In this document: one piece after another, positions 25,581-37,814 of the stretch
Layout: every line of letters begins with the position of its first letter
Position numbering within the stretch: position 1 is the first letter of the stretch
DNA from: Actinomycetota bacterium
GTDB lineage: Bacteria > Actinomycetota > Actinomycetes > S36-B12
DNA: 64,000 nt
NCBI GenBank assembly: GCA_030645615.1
Contig: JAUSNB010000014.1
Location: 33,710 to 97,709, forward strand
Direction of reading: 5' to 3'
Program-made: the position numbers and the translations under genes
The notes under the pieces: model-generated
Told to the model about the DNA's origin: nothing
The model's input: only the letters and a program-made list of their open reading frames with translations
The model's database searches: none

Positions 25581-26417
25581 CTAGGAGCGCGAGAGCCGGT
25601 CCACGAGAATCGGTTCCGGCACTGGGGCCTCGAGGGCCTTGCGGCGCCGGTTGCCGACGAACTGCGCCCCCAGCACGATGAGCAGGGCCACGACGAACAC
25701 CAGGGTCGCCAGCGCGTTGACCTGCACCGGGATTCCTCGCTGCGCCGCGCCCCAGATGAAGATCGGGAAGGTGACCAGCGTGCCGGCGTTGAAGAAGCTG
25801 ATGATGAAGTCGTCGAACGACAGCGAGAATCCGAGCAGCGCGGCGCCGATGATCCCGGGCAGGACAAGCGGGAAGGTCACGTACCGGAAGGTGGCGCGCG
25901 GGCTGGCGTAGAGGTCGCGGGCCGCCTCCTCCAGGCGCGGGTCCATGCCCTGCAGGCGCGCCTTCACGGTCACAACGACAAAGGAGATGATGAACATGAT
26001 GTGGGCAACCATGACCGTGCCCATGCCGAGTGGGAACCGGAGGTTGAGGAAGAGGGCCAGCAGGCTGGCGCCCATGACGACCTCAGGAGTGGCCATCGGC
26101 AGGAAGATGAGCAGGTTCGTGGTGCCCCGGCCGCGGAAGCGGTAGCGCACGAGGCCGAACGCGATCATCGAGCCCAGGAGGGTGGCGATGAGCGTGGACA
26201 CCAGCCCGATCTGGATGCTCGTCACGAAGGACGAGCACACGCCGGGGACGCCGCAGATGTTCTTCCACGCATCGAGGGAGAACTCGTTCCAGCTCGTGTT
26301 GAACTTGCCACTCGGGTTGTTGAAGCTGAGCGCGATGACGACGGCGATCGGGATGAACAGGTACACCAGGACGAGGATGGCGATGATGCCGATGAGGTTC
26401 CGTCGCAGCCAGCGCAT
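25581..26417 (-). CDS. potC: Spermidine/putrescine ABC transporter permease II
   Basis: PMATPEVV, LEEAARDLYA, SLSFDDF. Confidence 0.9.
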   Translation of the reverse strand: MRWLRRNLIGIIAILVLVYLFIPIAVVIALSFNNPSGKFNTSWNEFSLDAWKNICGVPGVCSSFVTSIQIGLVSTLIATLLGSMIAFGLVRYRFRGRGTTNLLIFLPMATPEVVMGASLLALFLNLRFPLGMGTVMVAHIMFIISFVVVTVKARLQGMDPRLEEAARDLYASPRATFRYVTFPLVLPGIIGAALLGFSLSFDDFIISFFNAGTLVTFPIFIWGAAQRGIPVQVNALATLVFVVALLIVLGAQFVGNRRRKALEAPVPEPILVDRLSRS

Positions 26418-27313
26418 CAGACGAGGTCCTCCGTCCCGGCGCGGCGTATATAGGTGAACACGAGCACGAGGATCGCGGCCATGAGCACGATCGACAGCGC
26501 ACTGGCCGTTGGATAGTCGCGGAACTCGATGAAGTTCGTCTGGATGACGTTGCCGATCATGCGGTCCTTGGTCGACCCCAGCAGTTCGGCGTTGATGTAG
26601 TCACCGGCCGCGGGGATGAAGGTCAGCAGGGTGCCGGCGACCACGCCTGGCATCGACAGGGGCCAGGTCACCTTGCGGAACGCGGTCTGCGGCGAGGCGT
26701 ACAGGTCTCCCGCCGCCTCGATCAGGCGGGGATCGACGCGTTCCAGAGCCGCGTAGAGCGGCAGGATCATGAACGGCAGGAAGTTGTACGTCAACCCGGC
26801 GACCACCGCGATCCCGGTGTTCAGGATTCGGCCGTCGGGAAGAAGGTGGAGCGAGTTGAGGGTGCTGGTGATCACCCCCTCGTCGGCCAGGATCGTCTTC
26901 CACGCATAGGTGCGCAGCAGGAAGGACGCGAAGGATGGCGCGATGACCAGGACGAGCATGAGCCCTCGCCACCGACCGGCCCGGAAGGCGATGAAGTACG
27001 CCAAGGGATAGGCGATCACCAGGGCCAGCAGCGTGGCGATGCCGGCGTACACGAAGGAGCGCAGGAACTGCGGCCAGTACTCGACGAGCGCGTCGGCGTA
27101 GTTGCTGAACTGCAGGCCGGACGTGTACTTGCCCGGCTTGCCGGGAATCGGCTTCTGCAGGCTGGTCAGGAACAGCGTCACGAACGGTATGGCGAAGAAT
27201 ACCGCCAGCCAGGCCATGCCGGGGAAGAGCAGGAGGTAGCCGGTGCGGCCGCGTCGCTGCGCCATCACGGAAGCCGGCTGCGCAGCGGCCGAAGTCGGGA
27301 CGACGGCGACCAT
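26417..27313 (-). CDS. potB: Spermidine/putrescine ABC transporter permease I
   Basis: YNFLPFMILPLY, LIEAAGDLYA, FIPAAGDY. Confidence 0.9.
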   Translation of the reverse strand: MVAVVPTSAAAQPASVMAQRRGRTGYLLLFPGMAWLAVFFAIPFVTLFLTSLQKPIPGKPGKYTSGLQFSNYADALVEYWPQFLRSFVYAGIATLLALVIAYPLAYFIAFRAGRWRGLMLVLVIAPSFASFLLRTYAWKTILADEGVITSTLNSLHLLPDGRILNTGIAVVAGLTYNFLPFMILPLYAALERVDPRLIEAAGDLYASPQTAFRKVTWPLSMPGVVAGTLLTFIPAAGDYINAELLGSTKDRMIGNVIQTNFIEFRDYPTASALSIVLMAAILVLVFTYIRRAGTEDLV

Positions 27314-27315
27314 TC

Positions 27316-28503
27316 TCAGGACTCCGGGGCGTCAGCGATGAGTGCCTGTGCGGCGGCCTCGAGGGCGAGCACCTCGGGGTCGACGCCGACGCTCGTCCCG
27401 GCCGATCCGTCCAGGCCGAACGTGTGCTGCGTGGACCAGTGGACGACGACTTCGTCGCCCACCTCGCAGCGGTCCCCCACAACGACGTTCTGCTCGAAGA
27501 CGATGAGTTCCTGATCCCACGGCGTCATGACGAGGTACTGGGTGGATACACCGGTATACGAGACGTCCGTGACCCGGCCGTGGACGCGGTTGTGTGCCTC
27601 AGGCACCCGGTGCTCGTCGACCAGGTCGAGGATGGTCATCTTCTCCGGTCGGACGCCCACGATGACGTCGGTGCCCACCGCGAAGCTCCTCGCGGCCGGG
27701 ACAGCGAAGGTCTCGCCGAACGCGCTGACCAGGACGTCGTCGCCCGAGTGGCCGGCCGGGGCCCCCTGGATCAGGTTCGACTGGCCGAGGAAGTTGGCCA
27801 CGAAGACCGTGCGGGGCAGTTCGTAGATGTCGGCGGGATGGCCGAGTTGCTCGATGCGACCCGAGTTCATGACGGCGACCGTGTCAGCCATGGTCATGGC
27901 CTCCTCCTGGTCGTGCGTCACGTGCACGAACGTCGTCCCGACCTCCACCTGGATCCGCTTGAGCTCGATCTGCATCTGGCGGCGCAACTTGAGGTCGAGT
28001 GCGCCGAGCGGCTCGTCGAGGAGCAGGACGTCCGGGCGGTTGATCAGCGCCCGGGCTACCGCCACGCGCTGCTGCTGGCCTCCGGACAGCTGGGCTGGCT
28101 TGCGGCGGGCCATCGGTCCCAGTTCGACCAGCGCAAGCATCTGCTCGACCTGAGCGGACACATCCTTGACCTTGCGGCGGCGAAGCCCGAACGCGACGTT
28201 CTCGAAGATGTCCAGGTGCGGGAACAGGGCATACGACTGGAAGACCGTGTTGACGGGTCGCTCGAAGGCGCGCAGCCCTGTGATGTCCTTATCCCCGATG
28301 CTGATCGTGCCCCCGGTCGGGTCCTCCAGCCCGGCCACCATGCGCAGGGTGGTCGTCTTGCCGCATCCCGAGGCACCCAGCAGCGCGAAGAAGGACCCTG
28401 CCGGAATGGTGAGGGTGAGGTCATCGACCGCCGCCACGTCGCCGAACTTCTTGCTGAGGTTGCGTAGGTGCAGGTCTTCGACCGGCCGCGACCCGTCTGC
28501 CAC
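27316..28503 (-). CDS. potA: Spermidine/putrescine ABC transporter ATP-binding protein
   Basis: [49 protein letters not shown]-terminus. Confidence 0.93.
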   Translation of the reverse strand: MADGSRPVEDLHLRNLSKKFGDVAAVDDLTLTIPAGSFFALLGASGCGKTTTLRMVAGLEDPTGGTISIGDKDITGLRAFERPVNTVFQSYALFPHLDIFENVAFGLRRRKVKDVSAQVEQMLALVELGPMARRKPAQLSGGQQQRVAVARALINRPDVLLLDEPLGALDLKLRRQMQIELKRIQVEVGTTFVHVTHDQEEAMTMADTVAVMNSGRIEQLGHPADIYELPRTVFVANFLGQSNLIQGAPAGHSGDDVLVSAFGETFAVPAARSFAVGTDVIVGVRPEKMTILDLVDEHRVPEAHNRVHGRVTDVSYTGVSTQYLVMTPWDQELIVFEQNVVVGDRCEVGDEVVVHWSTQHTFGLDGSAGTSVGVDPEVLALEAAAQALIADAPES

Positions 28504-28552
28504 TGCTGCCCTCTTCCCTCGTGTGGTTCCGCAGTCGTGGTTCTGCAGGCGC

Positions 28553-29776
28553 CTAGTTGCCGATGGCCTTCTGGAATGAGCGCTCGTACTGGTCCTGCTG
28601 CTCGGGCGTCAAGGTCATGAAGACGTAGGAATTGGAGAGCGTCTCCTCGTTGGGGAAGATCCACTGGTTGTCGACGAGGGCCGGGTCGATCGCAGCCATG
28701 GCCTCCTTGGCGCCGGCCACCGGCGAGATGTACTGCACGTACGCGGCGACCTCGGCGGCAACCGCGGGGTCGTAGTAGTAGTTCATGACCAGCTCAGCGT
28801 TCTTCTTGTGCTGGGCCAGGGCCGGGACGAGCATGTTGTCGGTCCACAGCGTGCCGCCCGTCTCGGGCAGGGCGACCCCGAAGTCCTCGCCGAGCTGGAT
28901 CATGTCGCCGGACCAGCCGATGACAGCGATGACATCGCCGCTCTCGAGCGCCCCTGCATAGTCATTGCCGGTGACCTGGCGGATCTGGCCGCTGTCGACC
29001 TGCTGGGTAAGCAGCTCGATCGCCTGGCTGAACTGGTCGTCGGTGAAGTTCGAGGGGTCGTTGCCCTGGTAGGCGATGAGGATTCCCATCGTGTCGCGCA
29101 TCTCGGACAGGACGGTCACCCGGCCCGACAACGCAGGGTTGAACAACTGGTCGAGCGAGCTCATCGTGTCGGTGCCAATGGCCTCCTGAAGGGCCGCCTT
29201 GTTCCATCCCAGCGCCCCGAAGCCGGACTGCCACGGCAGGGTGTAGTCGCGGTTCGGGTCGAACGACACGCCCTGCCACGCGGGCAGCAGGTTCGCCGAG
29301 TTGGGGATCAAGGACTTGTCCAGCTTCTGCGCGAAGCCGTTCTGGAGCCACAGGGCCGCCATCCAGTCGGTCAGAACGACGAGGTCACGCCCGATGTCCT
29401 GGCCCTGCTCCAGCTGGGTGCGCACCTTGGCGTAGAACTCGTTGTTGTCGTTGACGTCCTCGGTGTAGGTGACAGTGACCCCGGACTGCTTTTGGAATTC
29501 CTCCAGCGAAGGCCGGGTACCGGACTCGTCGTCGATGTCGATGTAGAGGGGCCAGTTCGACCAGTTGAGCATCTTGTCGGTGTCGGACATGTCCTCGGCA
29601 CTGGCCGCGGACGGGGAGCCGGTCGCCTCTGCGTCGTCGGCGCCGGAGGCACCGCAGGCCGCTGCGACCATGGCCACACCACCCAGCCCGGCGGCCTGCA
29701 GTATGCGGCGTCGCGATACGGACGACTTCATGGCACCTGCGATGGCCGCCACTGCCTCGGGTCGCTTGCTGCTCAT
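28553..29776 (-). CDS. potD: Polyamine ABC transporter substrate-binding lipoprotein (Tat signal)
   Basis: SRRRILQ twin-arginine, lipobox VAAAC, NWSNWPLYID, WSGD, LWTDN. Confidence 0.9.
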   Translation of the reverse strand: MSSKRPEAVAAIAGAMKSSVSRRRILQAAGLGGVAMVAAACGASGADDAEATGSPSAASAEDMSDTDKMLNWSNWPLYIDIDDESGTRPSLEEFQKQSGVTVTYTEDVNDNNEFYAKVRTQLEQGQDIGRDLVVLTDWMAALWLQNGFAQKLDKSLIPNSANLLPAWQGVSFDPNRDYTLPWQSGFGALGWNKAALQEAIGTDTMSSLDQLFNPALSGRVTVLSEMRDTMGILIAYQGNDPSNFTDDQFSQAIELLTQQVDSGQIRQVTGNDYAGALESGDVIAVIGWSGDMIQLGEDFGVALPETGGTLWTDNMLVPALAQHKKNAELVMNYYYDPAVAAEVAAYVQYISPVAGAKEAMAAIDPALVDNQWIFPNEETLSNSYVFMTLTPEQQDQYERSFQKAIGN

Positions 29777-29827
29777 CGTGATTCCCCAATCATCGTGACA
29801 TCCCTCGGGTGGAATGTGCCTACGCTA
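29773..29827 (-). promoter_or_regulatory. potD leader: -10 TAGCGT plus ATGA-coupled mini-ORFs MSR* and MIGESR*
   Basis: TAGCGT 29827-29822; ATG TCA CGA TGA 29801-29790; ATG ATT GGG GAA TCA CGA TGA 29793-29773 with SD GAGGGA; last stop overlaps potD ATG. Confidence 0.45.
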
Positions 29828-29834
29828 CCCATGC

Positions 29835-31352
29835 TCATGGCCGCTCGGTGAACACAGTCCGATGCCAGCTCTTGCGAGTTTCACCGGTGATGTCCATCGA
29901 CACGTGCTTGACCTGCGTGTACTCGTCGAACGAGTAGCCGGACATGTCCTTGCCGAATCCGGACTGGCCGAAGCCCCCATGGGGCATCTCGCTCACGATC
30001 GGGATGTGGTCGTTGATCCACACGCACCCAGCCCGGAGCTCGCGCTGGGCTCTCAGCGCCCGGAAGACCCCGGTCGTCCATGCGGAGGCGGCGAGCCCGA
30101 ACGGCGTGTCGTTCGCCAGGTCGAAGGCCTCGTCGTCGGTATCGAACGGCAGGACGACGAGCACGGGACCGAACACCTCGCTGCGGACCAGCTCGGCCGC
30201 CTGGGGCAGGCCCGTGACGAGCGTCGGCAGGTAGTAGCAGCCTCGGGAGAGCTCGCCTCCGGGCGCGTTGCCGCCCACGACCACCGTTCCGCCGTCGGCG
30301 CGGGACCGGTCGACGAACCCGGCTACGCGCTCCTGGTGGCGGCGCGAGACGAGGGGGCCGAGGTCGGTCGCCGGGTCCTCCGTAGGCCCCAGCACGACCC
30401 CCGCGTACAGGTCTGCCACCCCGGCGACGAAGGCGTCGACGAGGGATCTGTGGACGTACGCACGGGTCGCGGCCGTGCAGTCCTGGCCGGCGTTGATCAG
30501 CGAGGCCGCTACCGCACCGTGAACGGCCGCCTCGAGATCCGCATCCTCGAACACGACGAAGGGGGCCTTGCCGCCAAGCTCGAGGTGCACGCGCTTGATG
30601 CCCTGCGTGGCCAGCTCCATGACCCGGCGGCCCACGGCCGTCGAGCCGGTGAAGGAGACCATGGCGACCCGGGGGTCGCCCACCAAGGCCTCCCCTGCGA
30701 CCGGCCCAGTTCCTGTGACGACGTTCACCACTCCGGGCGGGATCCCGGCCGCCAGGCAGTCCTGGGCAAGCATCAGCGCGGTCAGTGGCGTGATCTCCGC
30801 GGGCTTGAGGACGATCGTGTTGCCGGCCGCGATGGCGGGAAGGATCTTCCACATGGCCATCTGCAGCGGGTAGTTCCAGGGCGCGATGGACCCGACGACA
30901 CCGATCGGCTCGCGCCGGATGATCGAGGTGTGCGCCCCGTCCCACTCGGCCGATGCCTTGCCCTCGAGATTGCGCGCCGCACCCGCGAAGAAGGCGATGT
31001 TGTCGATCGACCCCGGCACGTCGAACTCGGTGGTGAGCCGGATCGGCTTGCCGGCCTGGCGGGTCTCGACCCGAGCGTACTCGTCCGCGCGGGCCTGGAT
31101 CGTGGCAGCGAGGCGGGTCAGCGCGGCCGCCCGATCGGCGGGCGTGGCGGTCGACCAGCCGGGGAACGCCGCCGCGGCCGCCGCTACGCAGGTCCCGACA
31201 TCCGCGGCCGAGGCCAACTCGATGGTGTCCAGCACTGCACCGGTCGCCGGGTTGACGACATCGATGCTCTCTCCGGACGAGCCCGGGAGTGACCTGCCTC
31301 CCGCGACGATCGCGTCCGACACGTACACCTGCCTCTCCTGCGGTTCCGGCAT
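29835..31352 (-). CDS. Gamma-aminobutyraldehyde dehydrogenase-like ALDH (copy 1)
   Basis: [42 protein letters not shown]; start (ATG 31352) uncertain. Confidence 0.9.
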   Translation of the reverse strand: MPEPQERQVYVSDAIVAGGRSLPGSSGESIDVVNPATGAVLDTIELASAADVGTCVAAAAAAFPGWSTATPADRAAALTRLAATIQARADEYARVETRQAGKPIRLTTEFDVPGSIDNIAFFAGAARNLEGKASAEWDGAHTSIIRREPIGVVGSIAPWNYPLQMAMWKILPAIAAGNTIVLKPAEITPLTALMLAQDCLAAGIPPGVVNVVTGTGPVAGEALVGDPRVAMVSFTGSTAVGRRVMELATQGIKRVHLELGGKAPFVVFEDADLEAAVHGAVAASLINAGQDCTAATRAYVHRSLVDAFVAGVADLYAGVVLGPTEDPATDLGPLVSRRHQERVAGFVDRSRADGGTVVVGGNAPGGELSRGCYYLPTLVTGLPQAAELVRSEVFGPVLVVLPFDTDDEAFDLANDTPFGLAASAWTTGVFRALRAQRELRAGCVWINDHIPIVSEMPHGGFGQSGFGKDMSGYSFDEYTQVKHVSMDITGETRKSWHRTVFTERP

Positions 31353-31443
31353 ACAACCACGCATTCCGCCGTCAAACAAGGTCTTTCCGCACTGAATCCC
31401 TACAGGAGGGCTCGGGAGAAGGCGGAAACCGTCGTCTAGGGCG

Positions 31444-32841
31444 TCAAACTCCACGCAGCGTGGGCTCGGCGGCAGCGGCGCGCGCCAACGCCCCGATGAC
31501 GTACTGCAACTGGTCCGGATCGAGTTCGTCGAGCACGCCCGTGGTGACCCGCACGTGCGCGCTGCCGCCCGGCGCCACCATGAACGGGCTTCCCGGCGAT
31601 ACCCGGATCCCCTGAGCAGCCAGGTGAATCAAGGCGGCTCTCTCGTCGCGGACCTCGACCCACGCGTTGATGCCCTCACCGGTGGTGCTCACGACGGACT
31701 CCCCGGCCAGTCCAGCCCGAACCGCGAGGCTGCGCATGGCGTACGTGGACCGGGCACGCGTCACGGCCGCCACTGCGGCCGGATCCGTGAGCAGTTCGAC
31801 GAGCACGGCCTGCAAGAGCCGGCTGGTCCACCCCGGTCCCAGCATCCGGCGGGAGACCATCGGATCGACCACGTCGGCGACGCCACCGACGGCCGCGATG
31901 CGCAGGTCGGGACCGTGCGACTTTGAGTAGCTGCGGATGTGCACCGTGCGCTCGGGCAGGTGGCGGCCGATGCTCACGTCCTCCCCGGTCGCGATGTCGC
32001 CACTGTGGTCGTCCTCGACGATCAGCGCCCGCCCCGTGGACAGCAGAGCCGCGAGCTCGGCGCACCGGGACGTGCTCATGCTGGTGCCGGTGGGATTCTG
32101 GGCCCGCGGCTGCAGGAACACCGCGACTGGCTCGAGCAGCAGCGCCTCGGCAAGTGATTCCGGCACGACGCCCGAGTCGTCCATGGCCAGCGGGATGACC
32201 TCGGCCCCGGAACGCTCCAGCAGGTCGATCAACGGCGGGAAGCCGGGGTTCTCCATGGCCACCCGGTCGCCGAGGCGCACGACCTGGTCGACGATCCGGG
32301 ACAGGGCATCCAGGGCGCCATCGACGACCGTCAGCCGGGCCGGCTCGAACGGCCAGCCCGCCCGCAGGATCGCATCCAGTTCCGGCAGCACGGGGTCGTC
32401 GAGGTAACTCGTCGTCCACACGGCCGACCGGGCCAGCACGCGCTCGAGTGCGTCGCGCAGTGGGGGCAGCAGGGCCGGGTCAGGCGTGCCGGTGGACAGG
32501 TTGATCCCTTCGGCCAATGGGTCGCCGCCGATGCCGAGGTACCGGCTGGGGCGGGTCGGTTCCATGGTCGTCCGCACGAATGTCCCGGCCCGGCCCCGCG
32601 CCTGGATCGCACCCACCGCGGCCAGGGCTTGCCAGGCCTCGCTGACCGTCGCGGGGCTGATCCCGAGTTCCTTGGCCAGGTCGCGCACGGTGGGCAGCCG
32701 GTCACCGGTACCCAGGCGACCCGCCCGGATCAGCCGGTGGACGGCGGCCGCGATGCCCTTGGGTGAGCGATCGTGCACGGCGCCGGCGACGAGCCCCACC
32801 ACGGGCTCGGCGGCCCGTTCCGGCGCGGCGCCCAGCGACAC
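31444..32841 (-). CDS. MocR/GntR family PLP-dependent transcriptional regulator
   Basis: wHTH GDRLPTVRDLAKELGISPATV plus aminotransferase-like domain (QNPTG, EDD, SYSK); GTG start with GGGAGG; divergent from pyrimidine operon. Confidence 0.92.
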   Translation of the reverse strand: MSLGAAPERAAEPVVGLVAGAVHDRSPKGIAAAVHRLIRAGRLGTGDRLPTVRDLAKELGISPATVSEAWQALAAVGAIQARGRAGTFVRTTMEPTRPSRYLGIGGDPLAEGINLSTGTPDPALLPPLRDALERVLARSAVWTTSYLDDPVLPELDAILRAGWPFEPARLTVVDGALDALSRIVDQVVRLGDRVAMENPGFPPLIDLLERSGAEVIPLAMDDSGVVPESLAEALLLEPVAVFLQPRAQNPTGTSMSTSRCAELAALLSTGRALIVEDDHSGDIATGEDVSIGRHLPERTVHIRSYSKSHGPDLRIAAVGGVADVVDPMVSRRMLGPGWTSRLLQAVLVELLTDPAAVAAVTRARSTYAMRSLAVRAGLAGESVVSTTGEGINAWVEVRDERAALIHLAAQGIRVSPGSPFMVAPGGSAHVRVTTGVLDELDPDQLQYVIGALARAAAAEPTLRGV

Positions 32842-32952
32842 TCGTGTCCTCCCGATTCGTGGAAACGTCGTTGTAACACATTGCCGATTGTCTAAGGTCA
32901 CGAATCACACAACTGCGTGCGTCCGGGCGTCCCGGGCGATGAGGAGGACGGC

Positions 32953-33789
32953 ATGACGGTGGTACGCGCGGCGCTGGTGCAGACCAACTGGACCGGCGAC
33001 AAGGAGTCGATGATCGTCGCGCACGAGGGCTATGCCCGTGAGGCGGCGGCCCAGGGTGCGCAGGTCGTCTGCTTCCAGGAACTCTTCTACGGCCCCTACT
33101 TCTGCCAGGTCCAGGACAAGCAGTACTACGACTACGCGGAGTCGATCCCCGGCCCGACCACCGAGAGGTTCCAGGCCCTTGCCAAGGAACTCGGCATCGT
33201 CATGGTCCTGCCCATGTACGAGGAGGAGCAGCCGGGGGTCCTGTACAACACGGCGGCTGTCGTGGACGCCGACGGCAGCTATCTGGGCAAGTACCGCAAG
33301 CAGCACATCCCGCATGTGGGCGGCTTCTGGGAGAAGTTCTACTTCCGGCCGGGCAACGGCGGGTACCCGGTATTCGACACCGCGGTCGGCAAGGTCGGCG
33401 TCTACATCTGCTACGACCGCCACTTCCCGGAGGGCTGGCGCGCGCTCGGCCTCAACGGAGCACAGATCGTGTTCAACCCGTCAGCCACCTCGCGGGGGCT
33501 GTCGCAGTACTTGTGGAGCATCGAGCAGCCCGCCGCGGCGGTCGCCAACGAGTACTTCGTCGGAGCGATCAACCGCGTGGGGATCGAGCCGCTCGGCGAC
33601 GACGACTTCTACGGCCAGTCCTACTTCGTGGATCCCGAGGGGAACTACGTCGGCGACAAGGGGGACGGCTACCAGCCTGAGGTGATCGTCAGGGACCTCG
33701 ACATGGACCTGCTGACCGAGGTCCGCAATCGCTGGCAGTTCTACCGTGACCGGCGTCCGGACGCTTACGGCGACCTCGTCCGACCGTAG
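32953..33789 (+). CDS. Nitrilase-family carbon-nitrogen hydrolase (beta-ureidopropionase-like)
   Basis: Catalytic triad QELF / YRKQHIP / ICYDRHFPE; SD GAGGAGG; adjacent to hydA. Confidence 0.9.
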   Translation: MTVVRAALVQTNWTGDKESMIVAHEGYAREAAAQGAQVVCFQELFYGPYFCQVQDKQYYDYAESIPGPTTERFQALAKELGIVMVLPMYEEEQPGVLYNTAAVVDADGSYLGKYRKQHIPHVGGFWEKFYFRPGNGGYPVFDTAVGKVGVYICYDRHFPEGWRALGLNGAQIVFNPSATSRGLSQYLWSIEQPAAAVANEYFVGAINRVGIEPLGDDDFYGQSYFVDPEGNYVGDKGDGYQPEVIVRDLDMDLLTEVRNRWQFYRDRRPDAYGDLVRP

Positions 33790-33813
33790 CCGGTCCGCCT
33801 CGAAGGAGCAGTC

Positions 33814-35232
<1,419 letters not shown>

Positions 35233-35258
35233 TCCCACCGAAGGAATCGGAGATTCGC

Positions 35259-36746
<1,488 letters not shown>

Positions 36747-36765
36747 CGCACACGAGAGGCCATCC

Positions 36766-37797
36766 ATGGACATCGGGGTCGTCCTGCAGTGCACGCCACC
36801 GGCAGCCCGCGTCATCGACCTGGCCAAGCGGGCCGAGACGTACGGCTTCGGCTACGTCTGGACCTTCGATTCCCACATCCTGTGGGAAGAGCCGTACGTC
36901 ATCTACAGCAAGATCCTCGATGAGACCCGCAAGGTCGTGGTGGGCCCGATGGTCACGAATCCCGCGACTCGCGACATCACCGTGACGGCGTCCGTCTTCG
37001 CCACCCTGAACGAGATGTACGGCAACCGCACGGTGATCGGGATCGGCCGAGGCGACTCTGCGGTCCGGGTCACCAATGGCAAGCCTGTGTCGGTCGACCA
37101 GTTGCGGCAGGCCGTCGTCGACATCAAGGGCTTGGTCAACGGTGAGTCCATCGAGTACAAGGAGAATCACCTCCGTCTTCCGTGGGCTGGCTCGAGCCGC
37201 ACTGGGGTGTGGGTGGCCGCGTACGGGCCCCGGGTCCTCGCCCTGGCCGGCGAGGTGGGCGACGGCTTCATCCTCCAACTGGCCGATCCGTCGATCGCCG
37301 AGTGGACCATCAAGGCCGTGCGCGATGCCGCCGCGGCCGCCGGGCGCAACCCTGACGATGTCTACGTCTGCGTTGCCGCACCGGCCTATGTCACGGACGG
37401 CTCGCCGGAAGCCCACGCGCACGCCCTCGATCAATTGCGCTGGTTCGGCGGCATGGTGGGCAATCACGTGGCCGACATCGTGGCTCGCTACGGCGAGAAC
37501 GGCGGGGCGGTGCCGCCGGCCCTGACCGACTACATCAAGAACCGCCAGGGCTACGACTACAACGAGCACGGCCAGGCAGGGAACACGCACACCGACTTCG
37601 TCCCGGACGAGATCGTCGACCGGTTCTGCATCATCGGCCCGCCGGAGGAGCACATTCGGCGGATCGAAGAGCTCAAGGCGCTCGGGGTGGACCAGTTCGC
37701 CGTCTACCTGCAGCACGACGACAAGGACCACACGCTCGCCGAGTACGGCGAGAAGGTCATTCCCGCGGTGCAGGATCACCTGAGGGCGACATCCTGA
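36766..37797 (+). CDS. LLM-class oxidoreductase, probably F420-dependent (TIGR03842-like)
   Basis: WTFDSHILW, GPMVTNP, GIGRGDSA, AAYGP, WFGGMVGNHV; hydA-neighbour context. Confidence 0.88.
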   Translation: MDIGVVLQCTPPAARVIDLAKRAETYGFGYVWTFDSHILWEEPYVIYSKILDETRKVVVGPMVTNPATRDITVTASVFATLNEMYGNRTVIGIGRGDSAVRVTNGKPVSVDQLRQAVVDIKGLVNGESIEYKENHLRLPWAGSSRTGVWVAAYGPRVLALAGEVGDGFILQLADPSIAEWTIKAVRDAAAAAGRNPDDVYVCVAAPAYVTDGSPEAHAHALDQLRWFGGMVGNHVADIVARYGENGGAVPPALTDYIKNRQGYDYNEHGQAGNTHTDFVPDEIVDRFCIIGPPEEHIRRIEELKALGVDQFAVYLQHDDKDHTLAEYGEKVIPAVQDHLRATS

Positions 37798-37814
37798 CCG
37801 CGGCCCCTGCTCCT

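Noticed and set aside
32939-32956. Mini-ORF MRRTA* overlapping the nitrilase start
   Set aside because: It has no SD of its own, its AGG AGG codons are just the nitrilase SD, and the TGA arises automatically from ATG-ACG.
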